A stretch of 64,000 bases of DNA from Macrostomum hystrix (Eukaryota; Animalia; Platyhelminthes). The translations under genes were made by a program, and so were the position numbers. Under the pieces are notes generated by a model that saw nothing but the letters and a program-made list of their open reading frames with translations, had not been told where the DNA came from and ran no database searches. Within the stretch, counting starts at the first letter, position 1. Each line of letters starts with the position of its first letter. Location: contig CATNEN010000024.1 in assembly GCA_950097015.1 (NCBI GenBank), positions 4,154,001 to 4,218,000 on the forward strand. The letters run 5' to 3'. This document shows positions 15,101 through 31,500 of the stretch, piece after piece.

Positions 15101-18100
15101 GCTATTCCTTCGAATCTGTCAGCTATTCCATCGAATCTGTCAGCTATTCCTTCGAATCTGTCAGCTATTCCTTCGAATCTGTCAGCTATTCCATCGAATC
15201 TGTCAGCTACTCCTTCGAATGTCAGCTATTCCTTCGAATCTGTCAGCTATTCCTTCGAATCTGTCAGCTATTCCTTCGAATCTGTCAGCTATTCCATCGA
15301 ATCTGTCAGCTATTCCTTCGAATCTGTCAGCTATTCCTTCGAATCTGTCAGCTATTCCATCGAATCTGTCAGCTATTCCTTCGAATCTGTCAGCTATTCC
15401 TTCGAATCTGTCAGCTATTCCATCGAATCTGTCAGCTATTCCTTCGAATCTGTCAGCTATTCCTTCGAATCTGTCAGCTATTCCATCGAATCTGTCAGCT
15501 ATTCCTTCGAATCTGTCAGCTATTCCTTCGAATCTGTCAGCTATTCCTTCGAATCTGTCAGCTATTCCTTCGAATCTGTCAGCTATTCCATCGAATCTGT
15601 CAGCTATTCCTTCGAATCTGTCAGCTATTCCTTCGAATCTGTCAGCTATTCCATCGAATCTGTCAGCTATTCCTTCGAATCTGTCAGCTATTCCTTCGAA
15701 TCTGTCAGCTATGTCTTCTCAGCTGTTTCTCTGAATCTCTCAGCTGGTTCCCTGAATCTGTCAGCTGTTTCCCTGAATCTCTGAGCTGTTTCCCCCAATC
15801 TCTGAGCTGTTTCCCTGAATCTCTGAGCTGTTTCCCTGAATCTCTGAGCTGTTTCCCTGAATCTCTGAGCTGTTTCCCTGAATCTCTGAGCTGTTTCCCT
15901 GAATCTCTGAGCTGTTTCCCTGAATCTCTGAGCTGTTTCCCTGAATCTCTGAGCTGTTTCCCCCAATCTCTGAGCTGTTTCCCTGAATCTCTGAGTTGTT
16001 TCCCTGAATCTGTCAGCTGTTTCCCTGAATCTCTGAGCTGTTTCCCTGAATCTCTGAGCTGTTTCCCTGAATCTCTGAGCTGTTTCCCTGAATCTCTGAG
16101 CTGTTTCCCTGAATCTCTGAGCTGTTTCCCTGAATCTCTGAGCTGTTTCCCTGAATCTCTGAGCTGTTTCCCTGAATCTCTGAGCTGTTTCCCTGAATCT
16201 CTGAGCTGTTTCCCTGACTCATTCAGCTAAATCTCAGCTAATTTGAAATAGTGACTAACACAGAAAATCAACAACATTATTCAGACCATTGTATTGCGTG
16301 TAGACAGCTAATTAAGCATCTAATTTTTGCCATGATTCAAAACGCTAGCCTGAGAGTCAGATTTTGTCTAAAATTCTCTGTTGAGATAATAGGATTTTTT
16401 ACGAAACAAAATAGAACTAGACTCAGACTCAAAACACTGGCATGCGAGTGCTTTGTGAGCAGAGGATAGACTGATGATGACTAGAGTCTATGCCAGTCTA
16501 TAGATTCCTGTGCGCAGTCAAAAATAACTGTTTTATTTTGCAATAAATAATAGAAATCAACAGGGCCAGGCATTAAGTAGAATACGGGAAACGCATTTTT
16601 AGTGAATCGCAGGGCCTACAGAGTAGTGCGCGGAGACGGAGAGAGAGAGACTGAAGCAAGCAGGGAACCGAAACGAGACAGAATAAGATGGAGCCCTAAC
16701 GGATAAGAGGCCTACCCAACAATGATGAAATAATTGAAATGCTGGGACAGACTTGGTCTGGTTCAGGCCGCGAAGCGGATTTAGCCAGTCTAGATTTGTT
16801 CATACAGACAAACGATTGCAAGCTCAAGTGGATAAATTAATAGATGAGAGCGCATGAAATTGAAAGGCAACTGGCTGGATTTTTTTTGGTTGGCAAATCT
16901 ACTTACTTAATTACTTAATTATTCACCACGATAGAAGCAAGTCGGCTTGACATTTCTGTGTTGTATTTCTTACATTTTCGTCTAAATTCTGACTATTGGG
17001 ATTTTTTACACCTAAGCTTTCCCTACATTCCAGAAGAATGCCCGAGAGGATATTCCAGAGTGTGTTTCACAACATTCCAGAGTATGTTCACAACATTCCA
17101 GAGTATGTTTCACAACATTCAAGAGTGTGTTTCCCAACATTCCAGAGTGTGTTTCACAACATTCCAGAGTATGTTTCACAACATTCCAGAGTGTGTTTCA
17201 CAACATTCCAGAGTATGTTTCACAACATTCCAGAGTGTGTTTCACAACATTCCAGAGTGTGTTTCACAACATTCCAGAGTATGTTTCACAACATTCCAGA
17301 GTGTGTTTCACAACATTCCAGAGTGTGTTTCACAACATTCCAGAGTATGTTTCACAACATTCCAGAGTGTGTTTCACAACATTCCAGAGTATGTTTCACA
17401 ACATTCCAGAGTATGTTTCACAATATTCTAGGGTAAGTTTCACAACATTCCAGAGTGTGTTTCACAACATTCCAGAGTATGTTTCACAACATTCCAGAGT
17501 GTGTTTCACAACATTCCTGAGTATGTTTCACAACACTCCAGAGTATGTTTCACAACATTCCTGAGTGTGTTTCACAACATTCCAGAGTGTGTTTCACAAC
17601 ATTCCAGAGTATGTTTCACAACATTCCAGAGTGTGTTTCACAACATTCCAGAGTATGTTTCACAACATTCCAGAGTATGTTTCACAATATTCTAGGGTAA
17701 GTTTCACAACATTCCAGAGTGTGTTTCACAACATTCCAGAGTATGTTTCACAACATTCCAGAGTGTGTTTCACAACATTCCAGAGTGTGTTTCACAACAT
17801 TCCAGAGTACGTTTCACAATATTCCTGAGTATGTTTCACAACATTCCAGAGTGTGTTTCACAACATTCCAGAGTGTGTTTCACAACATTCCAGAGTGTGT
17901 TTCACAACATTCCAGAGTACGTTTCACAACATTCCAGAGTGTGTTTCACAACATTCCAGAGTACGTTTCACAACATTCCTGAGTATGTTTCACAACATTC
18001 CAGAGTATGTTTCACAACATTCCAGAGTATGTTTCACAACATTCCAGAGTGTGTTTCACAACATTCCAGAGTATGTTTCACAACATTCCAGAGTGTGTTT

Positions 18101-21100
18101 CACAACATTCCAGAGTGTGTTTCACAACATTCCAGAGTGTGTTTCACAACATTCCAGAGTGTGTTTCATAACACTCCAGAGTATGTTTCACAACATTCCA
18201 GAGTGTGTTTCACAACATTCCAGAGTGTGTTTCACAACATTCCAGAGTATGTTTCACAACATTCCAGAGTGTGTTTCACAACATTCCAGAGTATGTTTCA
18301 CAACATTCCAGAGTACGTTTCACAATATTCTAGGGTAAGTTTCACAATATTCACAATATTCAAAATATTCCCGAGTATGTTTCACAATGTTCAAGGGCAC
18401 GTTTCACAACATTCCAGAGTACGTTTCACAACATTCCAGAGTATGTTTCACAACATTCCAGAGTGTGTTTCACAACATTCCAGAGTGTGTTTCACAACAT
18501 TCCAGAGTACGTTTCACAACATTCCAGAGTATGTTTCACAACATTCCAGAGTGTGTTTCACAACATTCCAGAGTATGTTTCACAATGTTCAAGGGCACGT
18601 TTCACAACATTCCAGAGTACGTTTCACAATATTCTAGGGTAAGTTTCACAATATTCACAATATTCAAAATATTCCCGAGTATGTTTCACAATGTTCAAGG
18701 GCACGTTTCACAACATTCCAGAGTACGTTTCACAACATTCCAGAGTATGTTTCACAACATTCCAGAGTGTGTTTCACAACATTCCAGAGTGTGTTTCACA
18801 ACATTCCAGAGTACGTTTCACAACATTCCAGAGTATGTTTCACAACATTCCAGAGTGTGTTTCACAACATTCCAGAGTATGTTTCACAATGTTCAAGGGC
18901 ACGTTTCACAACATTCCAGAGTACGTTTCACAATATTCTAGGGTAAGTTTCACAATATTCACAATATTCAAAATATTCCCGAGTATGTTTCACAATGTTC
19001 AAGGGCACGTTTCACAACATTCCAGAGTACGTTTCACAACATTCCAGAGTGTGTTTCACAACATTCCAGAGTACGTTTCACAACATTCCTGAGTATGTTT
19101 CACAACATTCCAGAGTATGTTTCACAACATTCCAGAGTATGTTTCACAACATTCCAGAGTGTGTTTCACAACATTCCAGAGTATGTTTCACAACATTCCA
19201 GAGTGTGTTTCACAACATTCCAGAGTGTGTTTCACAACATTCCAGAGTGTGTTTCACAACATTCCAGAGTGTGTTTCATAACACTCCAGAGTATGTTTCA
19301 CAACATTCCAGAGTGTGTTTCACAACATTCCAGAGTGTGTTTCACAACATTCCAGAGTATGTTTCACAACATTCCAGAGTGTGTTTCACAACATTCCAGA
19401 GTATGTTTCACAACATTCCAGAGTACGTTTCACAATATTCTAGGGTAAGTTTCACAATATTCACAATATTCAAAATATTCCCGAGTATGTTTCACAATGT
19501 TCAAGGGCACGTTTCACAACATTCCAGAGTACGTTTCACAACATTCCAGAGTATGTTTCACAACATTCCAGAGTGTGTTTCACAACATTCCAGAGTGTGT
19601 TTCACAACATTCCAGAGTACGTTTCACAACATTCCAGAGTATGTTTCACAACATTCCAGAGTGTGTTTCACAACATTCCAGAGTATGTTTCACAATGTTC
19701 AAGGGCACGTTTCACAACATTCCAGAGTACGTTTCACAATATTCTAGGGTAAGTTTCACAATATTCACAATATTCAAAATATTCCCGAGTATGTTTCACA
19801 ATGTTCAAGGGCACGTTTCACAACATTCCAGAGTACGTTTCACAACATTCCAGAGTATGTTTCACAACATTCCAGAGTGTGTTTCACAACATTCCAGAGT
19901 ATGTTTCACAATGTTCAAGGGCACGTTTCACAACATTCCAGAGTACGTTTCACAATATTCACAATATTCAAAATATTCCAGAGTACGTTTCACAACATTG
20001 CAGAGTGTGTTTCACAACATTCCAGAGTATGTTTCACAACATTCCAGAGTGTGTTTCACAACATTACATGGAATGTTTCACAATGTTCAAGGGCACGTTT
20101 CACAACATTCCAGAGTACGTTTCACAATATTCACAATATTCAAAATATTCCAGAGTACGTTTCACAACATTGCAGAGTGTGTTTCACAACATTCCAGAGT
20201 ATGTTTCACAACATTCCAGAGTGTGTTTCACAACATTACATGGAATGTTTCACTACATTTTTGAGGGGATTTTTTACAACATAGAGAAATGCTAGATATA
20301 TTTACAAATCAAGGTGGTGTATATATGTTTATAAAAAGCAACGAATTATTCCACCTAGCAACCTATAAACCGGGCTGCTCTCCACTCGATCACAACCCGC
20401 ACCTGCGCTATTGAATAGAAGCATAAACAGTCAAAAAAGATTAGTGGAATCGTGAAAAAAATCAAATCCCTCTTAGGCTGACAATGAGGCATGATTTCTA
20501 ACACACAGGCCATGCTGATTGCTGTTTAATTACTCAGTTCAAGTGCTATCTTGTGCCGCTCGCTTACTAACAGTAGAGAGTAGAGACTTTTATACGAAGA
20601 GATTGGTGTCATTTTATATTATATACCGTTATGTGGTATATTAAAACAGCGGACAACGGAAGTTAAAACAGCGGGTTATAGTTTAAAATCCCATTGACAA
20701 ATTGACAAATCCTCATGTTAACTCACATTGACAAATGGGTGAGCCAGTGTGAGACATCAGCTGATGCTGCTGCTGCAGCTGATGCTGACCATAGGCAGTT
20801 AAATAGGGAGACTGAATCTGGCCTGGCCCGGAACATGTTGACACGATTGGCGGTTGGGTAGGCGGCATTGGCATGGCTCCCGATGGGCCGTAGAATGCGG
20901 CGGCGGCGGCGGCGGCACTGGGCTGTGGTGCCAGAATGACGTGTGTCAGGATGCCATTCTCGTCAACAATCTGTTGAACCAGGTGGCCAGGAGGTACCTG
21001 CATTGGCATTGGCAGAGGCGGGCCACTATTTGACACCATGCGCACAGTGGCCGGTCCGCAAACATTCTGAATTTGATTGCCCGCGCGCACTGAGAAGGTC

Positions 21101-21336
21101 TCGCCCTGGCCAACGTGTACCATCACAATGTGTTCGCCAGGACCCCCTGGAGCAGATTCCGACGCGGTGCCGGCGCCTGGATGCAGCAGTAGAGGATGAC
21201 TATGCTGATGCTGATGCTGCTGACTAACCGAATGGTTATAATTATGATGATGGAGGCATGGCATGGGCTGAGGCTGAAGAGTTTGATCCGGTGGCTGAGG
21301 ACCAGTTGATGAAGTGTTGCCACTGTTGTTCAACAT
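1..21336 (-). CDS. FNDC3: Fibronectin type III domain-containing protein 3 (FNDC3A/B, miles-to-go-like), 9 coding exons, 3' end runs off the window
   Basis: Exons (minus): 21336-20727, 14900-14509, 13827-13012, 9992-9288, 6631-6557, 6343-6143, 3586-3285, 3146-2828, 373-<1. All introns are GT-AG with matching phases (junctions e.g. ARAN|LDSL, LQYQ|VLVDG, GEFFV|LYSGP, FRVM|AVNSAG, PPVE|VDSSNC, DYTL|VYRG). The N-terminus has the FNDC3-type motif [15 protein letters not shown]...[16 protein letters not shown]. Nine FN3 repeats follow, then a polyQ and a C-terminal hydrophobic anchor ([16 protein letters not shown]). About 1265 codons lie in the window. Confidence 0.93.
483..1010. repeat. Purine-rich 21-bp minisatellite (GAAGGTAGAGTGGAGGAAGGA) in last FNDC3 intron
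   Basis: Period 21 read directly, with degenerate units at the left edge. Explains ORFs 467..1054, 660..1157, 690..1076 and 695..1030. Confidence 0.95.
1575..2370. repeat. 12/15-bp purine-rich tandem repeat AGAGCGGAGAAG(AAG)
   Basis: Mixed 12- and 15-bp units; source of the spurious RAEKK/SSPLS ORFs. Confidence 0.95.
3188..3266. repeat. 23-bp tandem repeat GATCCCACTAGTCCCAGAATACA (~3.4 copies) filling a 138-bp intron
   Basis: Units start at 3188, 3211, 3234 and 3257, inside intron 3147-3284. Confidence 0.9.
3651..3810. repeat. 30-bp minisatellite GTGACAGCATGATTTGCAGGGAATGGGAGG (~5 copies)
   Basis: Near-identical units read directly, close to the acceptor of exon 3586. Confidence 0.93.
4113..4697. 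repeat. 22-bp minisatellite ACCGCATTCTACCTTCCTACCC
   Basis: About 26 units with two variants (ACCTTCC/ATCTTGC). Confidence 0.95.
5455..6070. repeat. 41-bp minisatellite AATGTACACTGCGTGAGGGGCGAAGGGAGTGAGGTGGTTGG
   Basis: Period 41 (5461, 5502, 5543), degenerating toward the exon at 6143. Confidence 0.95.
6780..7382. repeat. GA-rich low-complexity polypurine repeat (AGAGAGAGGGAAGG-like units)
   Basis: Almost purely G/A on the + strand with irregular ~14-16 bp units. Confidence 0.9.
7985..9236. repeat. 21-bp minisatellite TTCTCATTCAGTATCTCACAG with ~420-bp higher-order repeat
   Basis: Variant pattern at 8281 recurs at 8701. Source of the spurious NENCEIL ORF 7908..9008. Confidence 0.95.
10140..11670. 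repeat. 18-bp minisatellite GGGGATCACTATCTAACT with ~486-bp higher-order repeat
   Basis: Core array 10380-11670 with degenerate units from ~10140. The rare variant GGATTATTATCAAA occurs at 11101 and 11587. Source of the spurious DPQLDS ORF. Confidence 0.95.
12125..12935. repeat. 22-bp minisatellite GAGAGTGCTGGAATTCTACTCC switching to ATAGAGTGATAGGATTCTACTC at ~12720
   Basis: Read directly; two related unit types in succession. Confidence 0.95.
13833..14462. repeat. ~16-bp minisatellite GAAATGAGGATCTTTG filling almost the whole 681-bp intron 13828-14508
   Basis: The array starts about 5 nt from the acceptor AG and ends about 45 nt from the donor. Confidence 0.93.
14922..15712. repeat. 21-bp minisatellite GAATCTGTCAGCTATTCCTTC
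   Basis: Read directly; source of the spurious SNLSAIP ORFs. Confidence 0.95.
15713..16225. repeat. 21-bp minisatellite GAATCTCTGAGCTGTTTCCCT (related to and abutting the previous array)
   Basis: Read directly; same period and shared GAATCT..AGCT core. Confidence 0.95.
17050..20250. repeat. 3.2-kb 22-bp minisatellite TTTCACAACATTCCAGAGTGTG with nested ~304-bp and ~1110-bp duplications
   Basis: The marker block TCTAGGGTAAGTTTCACAATATTCACAATATTCAAAATATTCCCG recurs at ~18330, 18634, 18938, 19440 and 19744. Confidence 0.95.
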
Positions 21337-23803
21337 GACAATTTTTTTCAAATCTGTTAGCAGTTAGTAGGGCTTGTGAAATTGAAGTGCACTATGAAGA
21401 AGTCATAAGCGTGTAACTTAAGACTTAAAGGCACTGAGGCATTCTCTGAAAAATTGTGATGAGAAGCAAGCACAGTGAAATTATAGATGAACATGAACAT
21501 ATTGCAGTGCTTTAATAAATAGTCAGTTAGGATGGAAAGCAGTTTTGTTGGTTTATATTGCTATTCATACAAGAATCTGATTATCAAACTATGTATTTTG
21601 CATGTAGCAAGTAAAGGTCTAATGGAAATATGAGCTAATTTAATTGAAATAAATACAAAAGTACTGGCTAGGGTCCCTTAGCAATTAGCAGAAAATGAAT
21701 GTCACATGTGTCTATGCTATGAATGATACTTATATACTAGAGTAAACATAATGAATACCATTATTCATTGCTTCTCTATGAGAGAAAATAAACCATAAAC
21801 AATAAAGCATCTGCTTTCAGAAATAAAAAGAACATACTCAAACTCTGTAATAATTTAGCCTTTAATTAGCTTTAATTAGCTAGCTATCGCCTATCAGCTA
21901 TATTAGAGTAGAGAAATAGTATAATAGAAAGTTATTGTAGAAATTGTACACAACTGCAATAAATTATGAGTAAAGGTAGCTAAACAAAAAATGATAAGTC
22001 AATAGTAACAAAAAATAAATAGTTGTTTACAATTTAATATAGTATCTGGAAATAGTATAGTAATTTAATATCTGGAAACAATCTTGCTTGGACATAAATT
22101 GTAAGATATGAGTAGCTACATTTAGGCCTATATATTTATGCATAGCAATATATGTAGCTATATAAATAATGAGTAGTTATTATTTTAAAAAACTATAGTT
22201 ATTAGGCCCTAGTCATAGAAAGGTTTCAAGACAATTGCCACAATTAATATGAAAATACCCCCTAATCATAAAACTAAAGCATACAGAAACCATTGAATTC
22301 TATCATTTCAGAAACAAAAAATACCAAACCCTGAATCTTTAGAGTTAGCTGTTTGGTTACAAGTTGGTTATTTTTTTTAAGTAGACAGTGGATACCTACA
22401 AATTTCAGTAGCACAAAAATTACTCTACACTAGATAAGCGACAATGCCTGACGATATGCAGTTCATAAATGTGCTGACATAGCACATTAGCACTTCGTTT
22501 TAGTCTTGCAACAACAGTCTGAGAATGTGTGTAAATACGAGTTTGCGTAATCAAACGCTAACAACTTGTCTTTTTATCAAATTTTCAGTGGTTAGACCCA
22601 AAATTATTCGTTCATGACTTTCAGCTGCGAACCTATATTTTCTATCAATAAGCATTATAAAATAACTGTTCAATTTCTTGGAAAGTAAATTTTAAAGTTA
22701 TATATTTCAGAAATTAAAATCTATTTATCGTTTTCTAAATTAGTAAAACGAAGTAAGTTGTATTGTTTAAAGCTAAAAAAATAAATGCTGCGGTCATAAT
22801 TTACGTTTACGTATATATTTACTCATACATTAAAATATGCTGTTTATCATTATTATTTAAAAAATATTTATGGCGTCTATCTTATTTGACTTTACTTTTT
22901 TTCTCTGAAACAATAAAAATTCCATTCCTATACTCTTTTCAATTTTCTGAAGCAAAGCATTAAACTACGTAACTTTCTGATTGCAGTCAAAGTATTTTTT
23001 CAAACGACCCATAACTTAAAGGTTCGCTTCACGAACGAGACAAATGAAATGACTTTCTTTAGAAATATATATAAATAAATGTCGTTGCAATCATATTTGC
23101 ATTTTTAAAGAACAGTAACTTTTTAGTTATGTAAGCTAATTAAGTTAAATATACTATTTTCAGAGTAATAACATAACTTACAATAGCCTTTGCTAAATAA
23201 ACAATAATGAATCATGACACCGTCATAAGTTTAAGGCAAAGCATTAAAAGTAACGGCATGTGGATTGTGGAAATCTATTCCGATATTTTCGGTAGTTTTT
23301 TGCACTCATCTTAGTCGTTAGCTGTAAGTCCGTTATTTTAAAATGTTTGTTTGTCACCGTAATTTTCTCTGTTGGTTTTGTTATGTTTAACCAGGTAATC
23401 CTAGTTTTAGATTTTAGTTGTATACTTTTTTACATGGAGTGAATTGACACATTTAATATTTTTTGTATACTCTGATCATAGTTTATTGTAAGAGAAAAAT
23501 CAATATATTTCCATTGCAACATTGCTTTACCGTACGAAATCATTCTCTTTAGTAGACTTCGGTGTCCTGTTTAATTAAAGTTTAACGCAAGACTGAGTGT
23601 AACGCAGTCTTTAATGTGATTGTCAGCTATACAAAACTTGCTGATCATATTGACTTAACGAAATATGTCAAGCGAGAGCCTTTAAGGCCTTGGGCACAAA
23701 ATTTAAGTACCAGAACGCTGAAATGTGAACAGACAAACGAATCATTTGAAATATTAATACACTGTACTTGCAGCATGCTGAAAGTCAGCTCGGTTCAGGA
23801 ACG

Positions 23804-27837
<4,034 letters not shown>

Positions 27838-28505
27838 GCGACCATTGGTCCTCAGCCGGTGCTGATTGGTCAATATTCCTATAGCTAGCCGTATCCATGT
27901 AAATTAATTGTTTCCATTTGTCGGAGCCTCACTGCTCCGTTTTAATTTTAGGAACATTTGATAAATAATAATAAATGACGCATTTAACTTTAAGAACCAG
28001 CACATTCAATTTTCACTTTTTTTCTTTCACAAAATTCATTGCTATACAATACATTATCCAGTATCTGAGCATTGTTCGCGATGCAATTTTTCTTGTCTGA
28101 TTTACTAATAAATTATTTAATTTTGCATCTATCAATATAGCATGAGTTAAACATTATAGCGCGGCTTCGTACATCACAAAATTTTAGCTGCATGGGTATT
28201 ATCGATTACCATGTTGTCTTTTTAATTATATTACTCTGCCTATTGTTATTTGTTGCCGAGAGTTATTGTCACTCGAAAAAGGTGTAACAGATTGTAACTC
28301 CGCTTATCATTTTCGTTACGGAAATTTGGCTGTGCCTATATATTAAATGCTTTTGTGTGATCAAATAAATTAGACTATAAATGTCTAATTTGTTGTTGTC
28401 CAAAATGTTGGCTTTTCAACATCCAAAAGCAAGATTGGTGTCATTTATCATTCTACCTAATTACTTAAGACTTAAGGACTGAGCTTCGCTGAAGGACAGG
28501 CGGTA

Positions 28506-31500
28506 TGTAGCTTCTGAATGACCAACCCCCAATCATTGTAGCTTCAACCCACTCATCGTAGCTTCTGAATGACCAAACCCACTCATCGTAGCTTCTGAAT
28601 GACCAACCCCCACTCATCGTAGCTTCTGAATGACCAACCCCCAATCATTGTAGCTTCAACCCACTCATCGTAGCTTCTGAATGACCAAACCCACTCATCG
28701 TAGCTTCTGAATGACCAAACCCCACTCATTGTAGCTTCTGAATGACAAATCCCCACTCATGGAAGCTTCTGAATGACCAAACCCACTCATCGTAGCTTCT
28801 GAATGACCAAACCCACTCATCGTAGCTTCTGAATGACCAACCCCCAATCATCGTAGCTTCTGAATGACCAAACCCACTCATCGTAGCTTCTGAATGACCA
28901 AACCCACTCATCGTAGCTTCTGAATGACCAAACCCCACTCATCGTAGCTTCTGAATGACCAAACCCACTCATTGTAGCTTCTGAATGACCAAACCCCACT
29001 CATCGTAGCTTCTGAATGACCAACCCCCAATCATCGTAGCTTCTGAATGACCAACCCCCAATCATCGTAGCTTCTGAATGACCAACCCCCAATCATCGTA
29101 GCTTCTGAATGACCAAACCCCACTCATTGTAGCTTCTGAATGACAAAACCCACTCATCGTAGCTTCTGAATGACCAACCCCCACTCATTGTAGCTTCTGA
29201 ATGACCAAACCCCACTCATTGTAGCTTCTGAATGACAAATCCCCACTCATGGAAGCTTCTGAATGACCAAACCCCACTCATTGTAGCTTCTGAATGACCA
29301 ACCCCCAATCATCGTAGCTTCTGAATGACCAACCCCCAATCATCGTAGCTTCTGAATGACCAAACCCCACTCATTGTAGCTTCTGAATGACAAAACCCAC
29401 TCATCGTAGCTTCTGAATGACCAACCCCCACTCATTGTAGCTTCTGAATGACCAAACCCCACTCATTGTAGCTTCTGAATGACAAATCCCCACTCATGGA
29501 AGCTTCTGAATGACCAAACCCACTCATCGTAGCTTCTGAATGACCAAACCCACTCATCGTAGCTTCTGAATGACCAACCCCCAATCATCGTAGCTTCTGA
29601 ATGACCAAACCCACTCATCGTAGCTTCTGAATGACCAAACCCACTCATCGTAGCTTCTGAATGACCAAACCCCACTCATCGTAGCTTCTGAATGACCAAA
29701 CCCACTCATTGTAGCTTCTGAATGACCAAACCCCACTCATTGTAGCTTCTGAATGACCAAACCCCACTCATTGTAGCTTCTGAATGACAAAACCCACTCA
29801 TCGTAGCTTCTGAATGACCAACCCCCAATCATCGTAGCTTCTGAATGACCAAACCCACTCATCGTAGCTTCTGAATGACCAACCCCCAATCATCGTAGCT
29901 TCTGAATGACCAACCCCCACTCATCGTAGCTTCTGAATGACCAAACCCCACTCATCGTAGCTTCTGAATGACCAAACCCCACTCATTGTAGCTTCTGAAT
30001 GACAAAACCCACTCATCGTAGCTTCTGAATGACCAACCCCCACTCATCGTAGCTTCTGAATGACCAACCCCCAATCATCGTAGCTTCTGAATGACCAACC
30101 CCCACTCATCGTAGCTTCTGAATGACCAACCCCCAATCATCGTAGCTTCTGAATGACCAACCCCCAATCATCGTAGCTTCTGAATGACCAACCCCCAATC
30201 ATCGTAGCTTCTGAATGACCAAACCCACTCATCGTAGCTTCTGAATGACCAACCCCCACTCATCGTAGCTTCTGAATGACCAAACCCACTCATCGTAGCT
30301 TCTGAATGACCAACCCCCACTCATCGTAGCTTCTGAATGACCAAACCCACTCATCGTAGCTTCTGAATGACCAAACCCACTCATCGTAGCTTCTGAATGA
30401 CCAAACCCCACTCATCGTAGCTTCTGAATGACGAATCCCCACTCATCGTAGCTTCTGAATGACCAACCCCCAATCATCGTAGCTTCTGAATGATCAACAC
30501 CCACTCATCGTAGCTTCTGAATGACCAAACCCACTCATTGTAGCTTCTGAATGACCAAACCCACTCATTGTAGCTTCTGAATGACCAAACCCACTCATCG
30601 TAGCTTCTGAATGACCAAACCCCACTCATCGTAGCTTCTGAATGACCAACCCCACTCATCGTAGCTTCTGAATGACCAACCCCCACTCATCGTAGCTTCT
30701 GAATGACCAAACCCCACTCATCGTAGCTTCTGAATGACCAAACCCCACTCATCGTAGCTTCTGAATGACCAACCCCACTCATCGTAGCTTCTGAATGACC
30801 AAACCCCACTCATCGTAGCTTCTGAATGACCAACCCCCAATCATCGTAGCTTCTGAATGACCAAACCCACTCATCGTAGCTTCTGAATGACCAAACCCAC
30901 TCATCGTAGCTTCTGAATGACCAAACCCACTCATCGTAGCTTCTGAATGACCAAACCCCCACTCATCGTAGCTTCTGAATGACCAAACCCACTCATCGTA
31001 GCTTCTGAATGACCAAACCCCACTCATCGTAGCTTCTGAATGACCAACCCCACTCATCGTAGCTTCTGAATGACCAACCCCCAATCATCGTAGCTTCTGA
31101 ATGACCAACCCCCACTCATCGTAGCTTCTGAATGACCAAACCCACTCATTGTAGCTTCTGAATGACCAAACCCACTCATTGTAGCTTCTGAATGACAAAC
31201 CCCACTCATTGTAGCTTCTGAATGACGAATCCCCACTCATGGAAGCTTCTGAATGACCAAACCCACTCATCGTAGCTTCTGAATGACCAACCCCCACTCA
31301 TCGTAGCTTCTGAATGACCAAACCCACTCATCGTAGCTTCTGAATGACCAACCCCCACTCATCGTAGCTTCTGAATGACCAACCCCCAATCATCGTAGCT
31401 TCTGAATGACCAACCCCCACTCATCGTAGCTTCTGAATGACCAAACCCCCACTCATTGTAGCTTCTGAATGACCAAACCCCACTCATTGTAGCTTCTGAA

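Noticed and set aside
17420-19760. Repeated canonical donor AG|GTAAGT inside the 22-mer array
   Set aside because: It is on the + strand, antisense to FNDC3, with no matching plus-strand gene.
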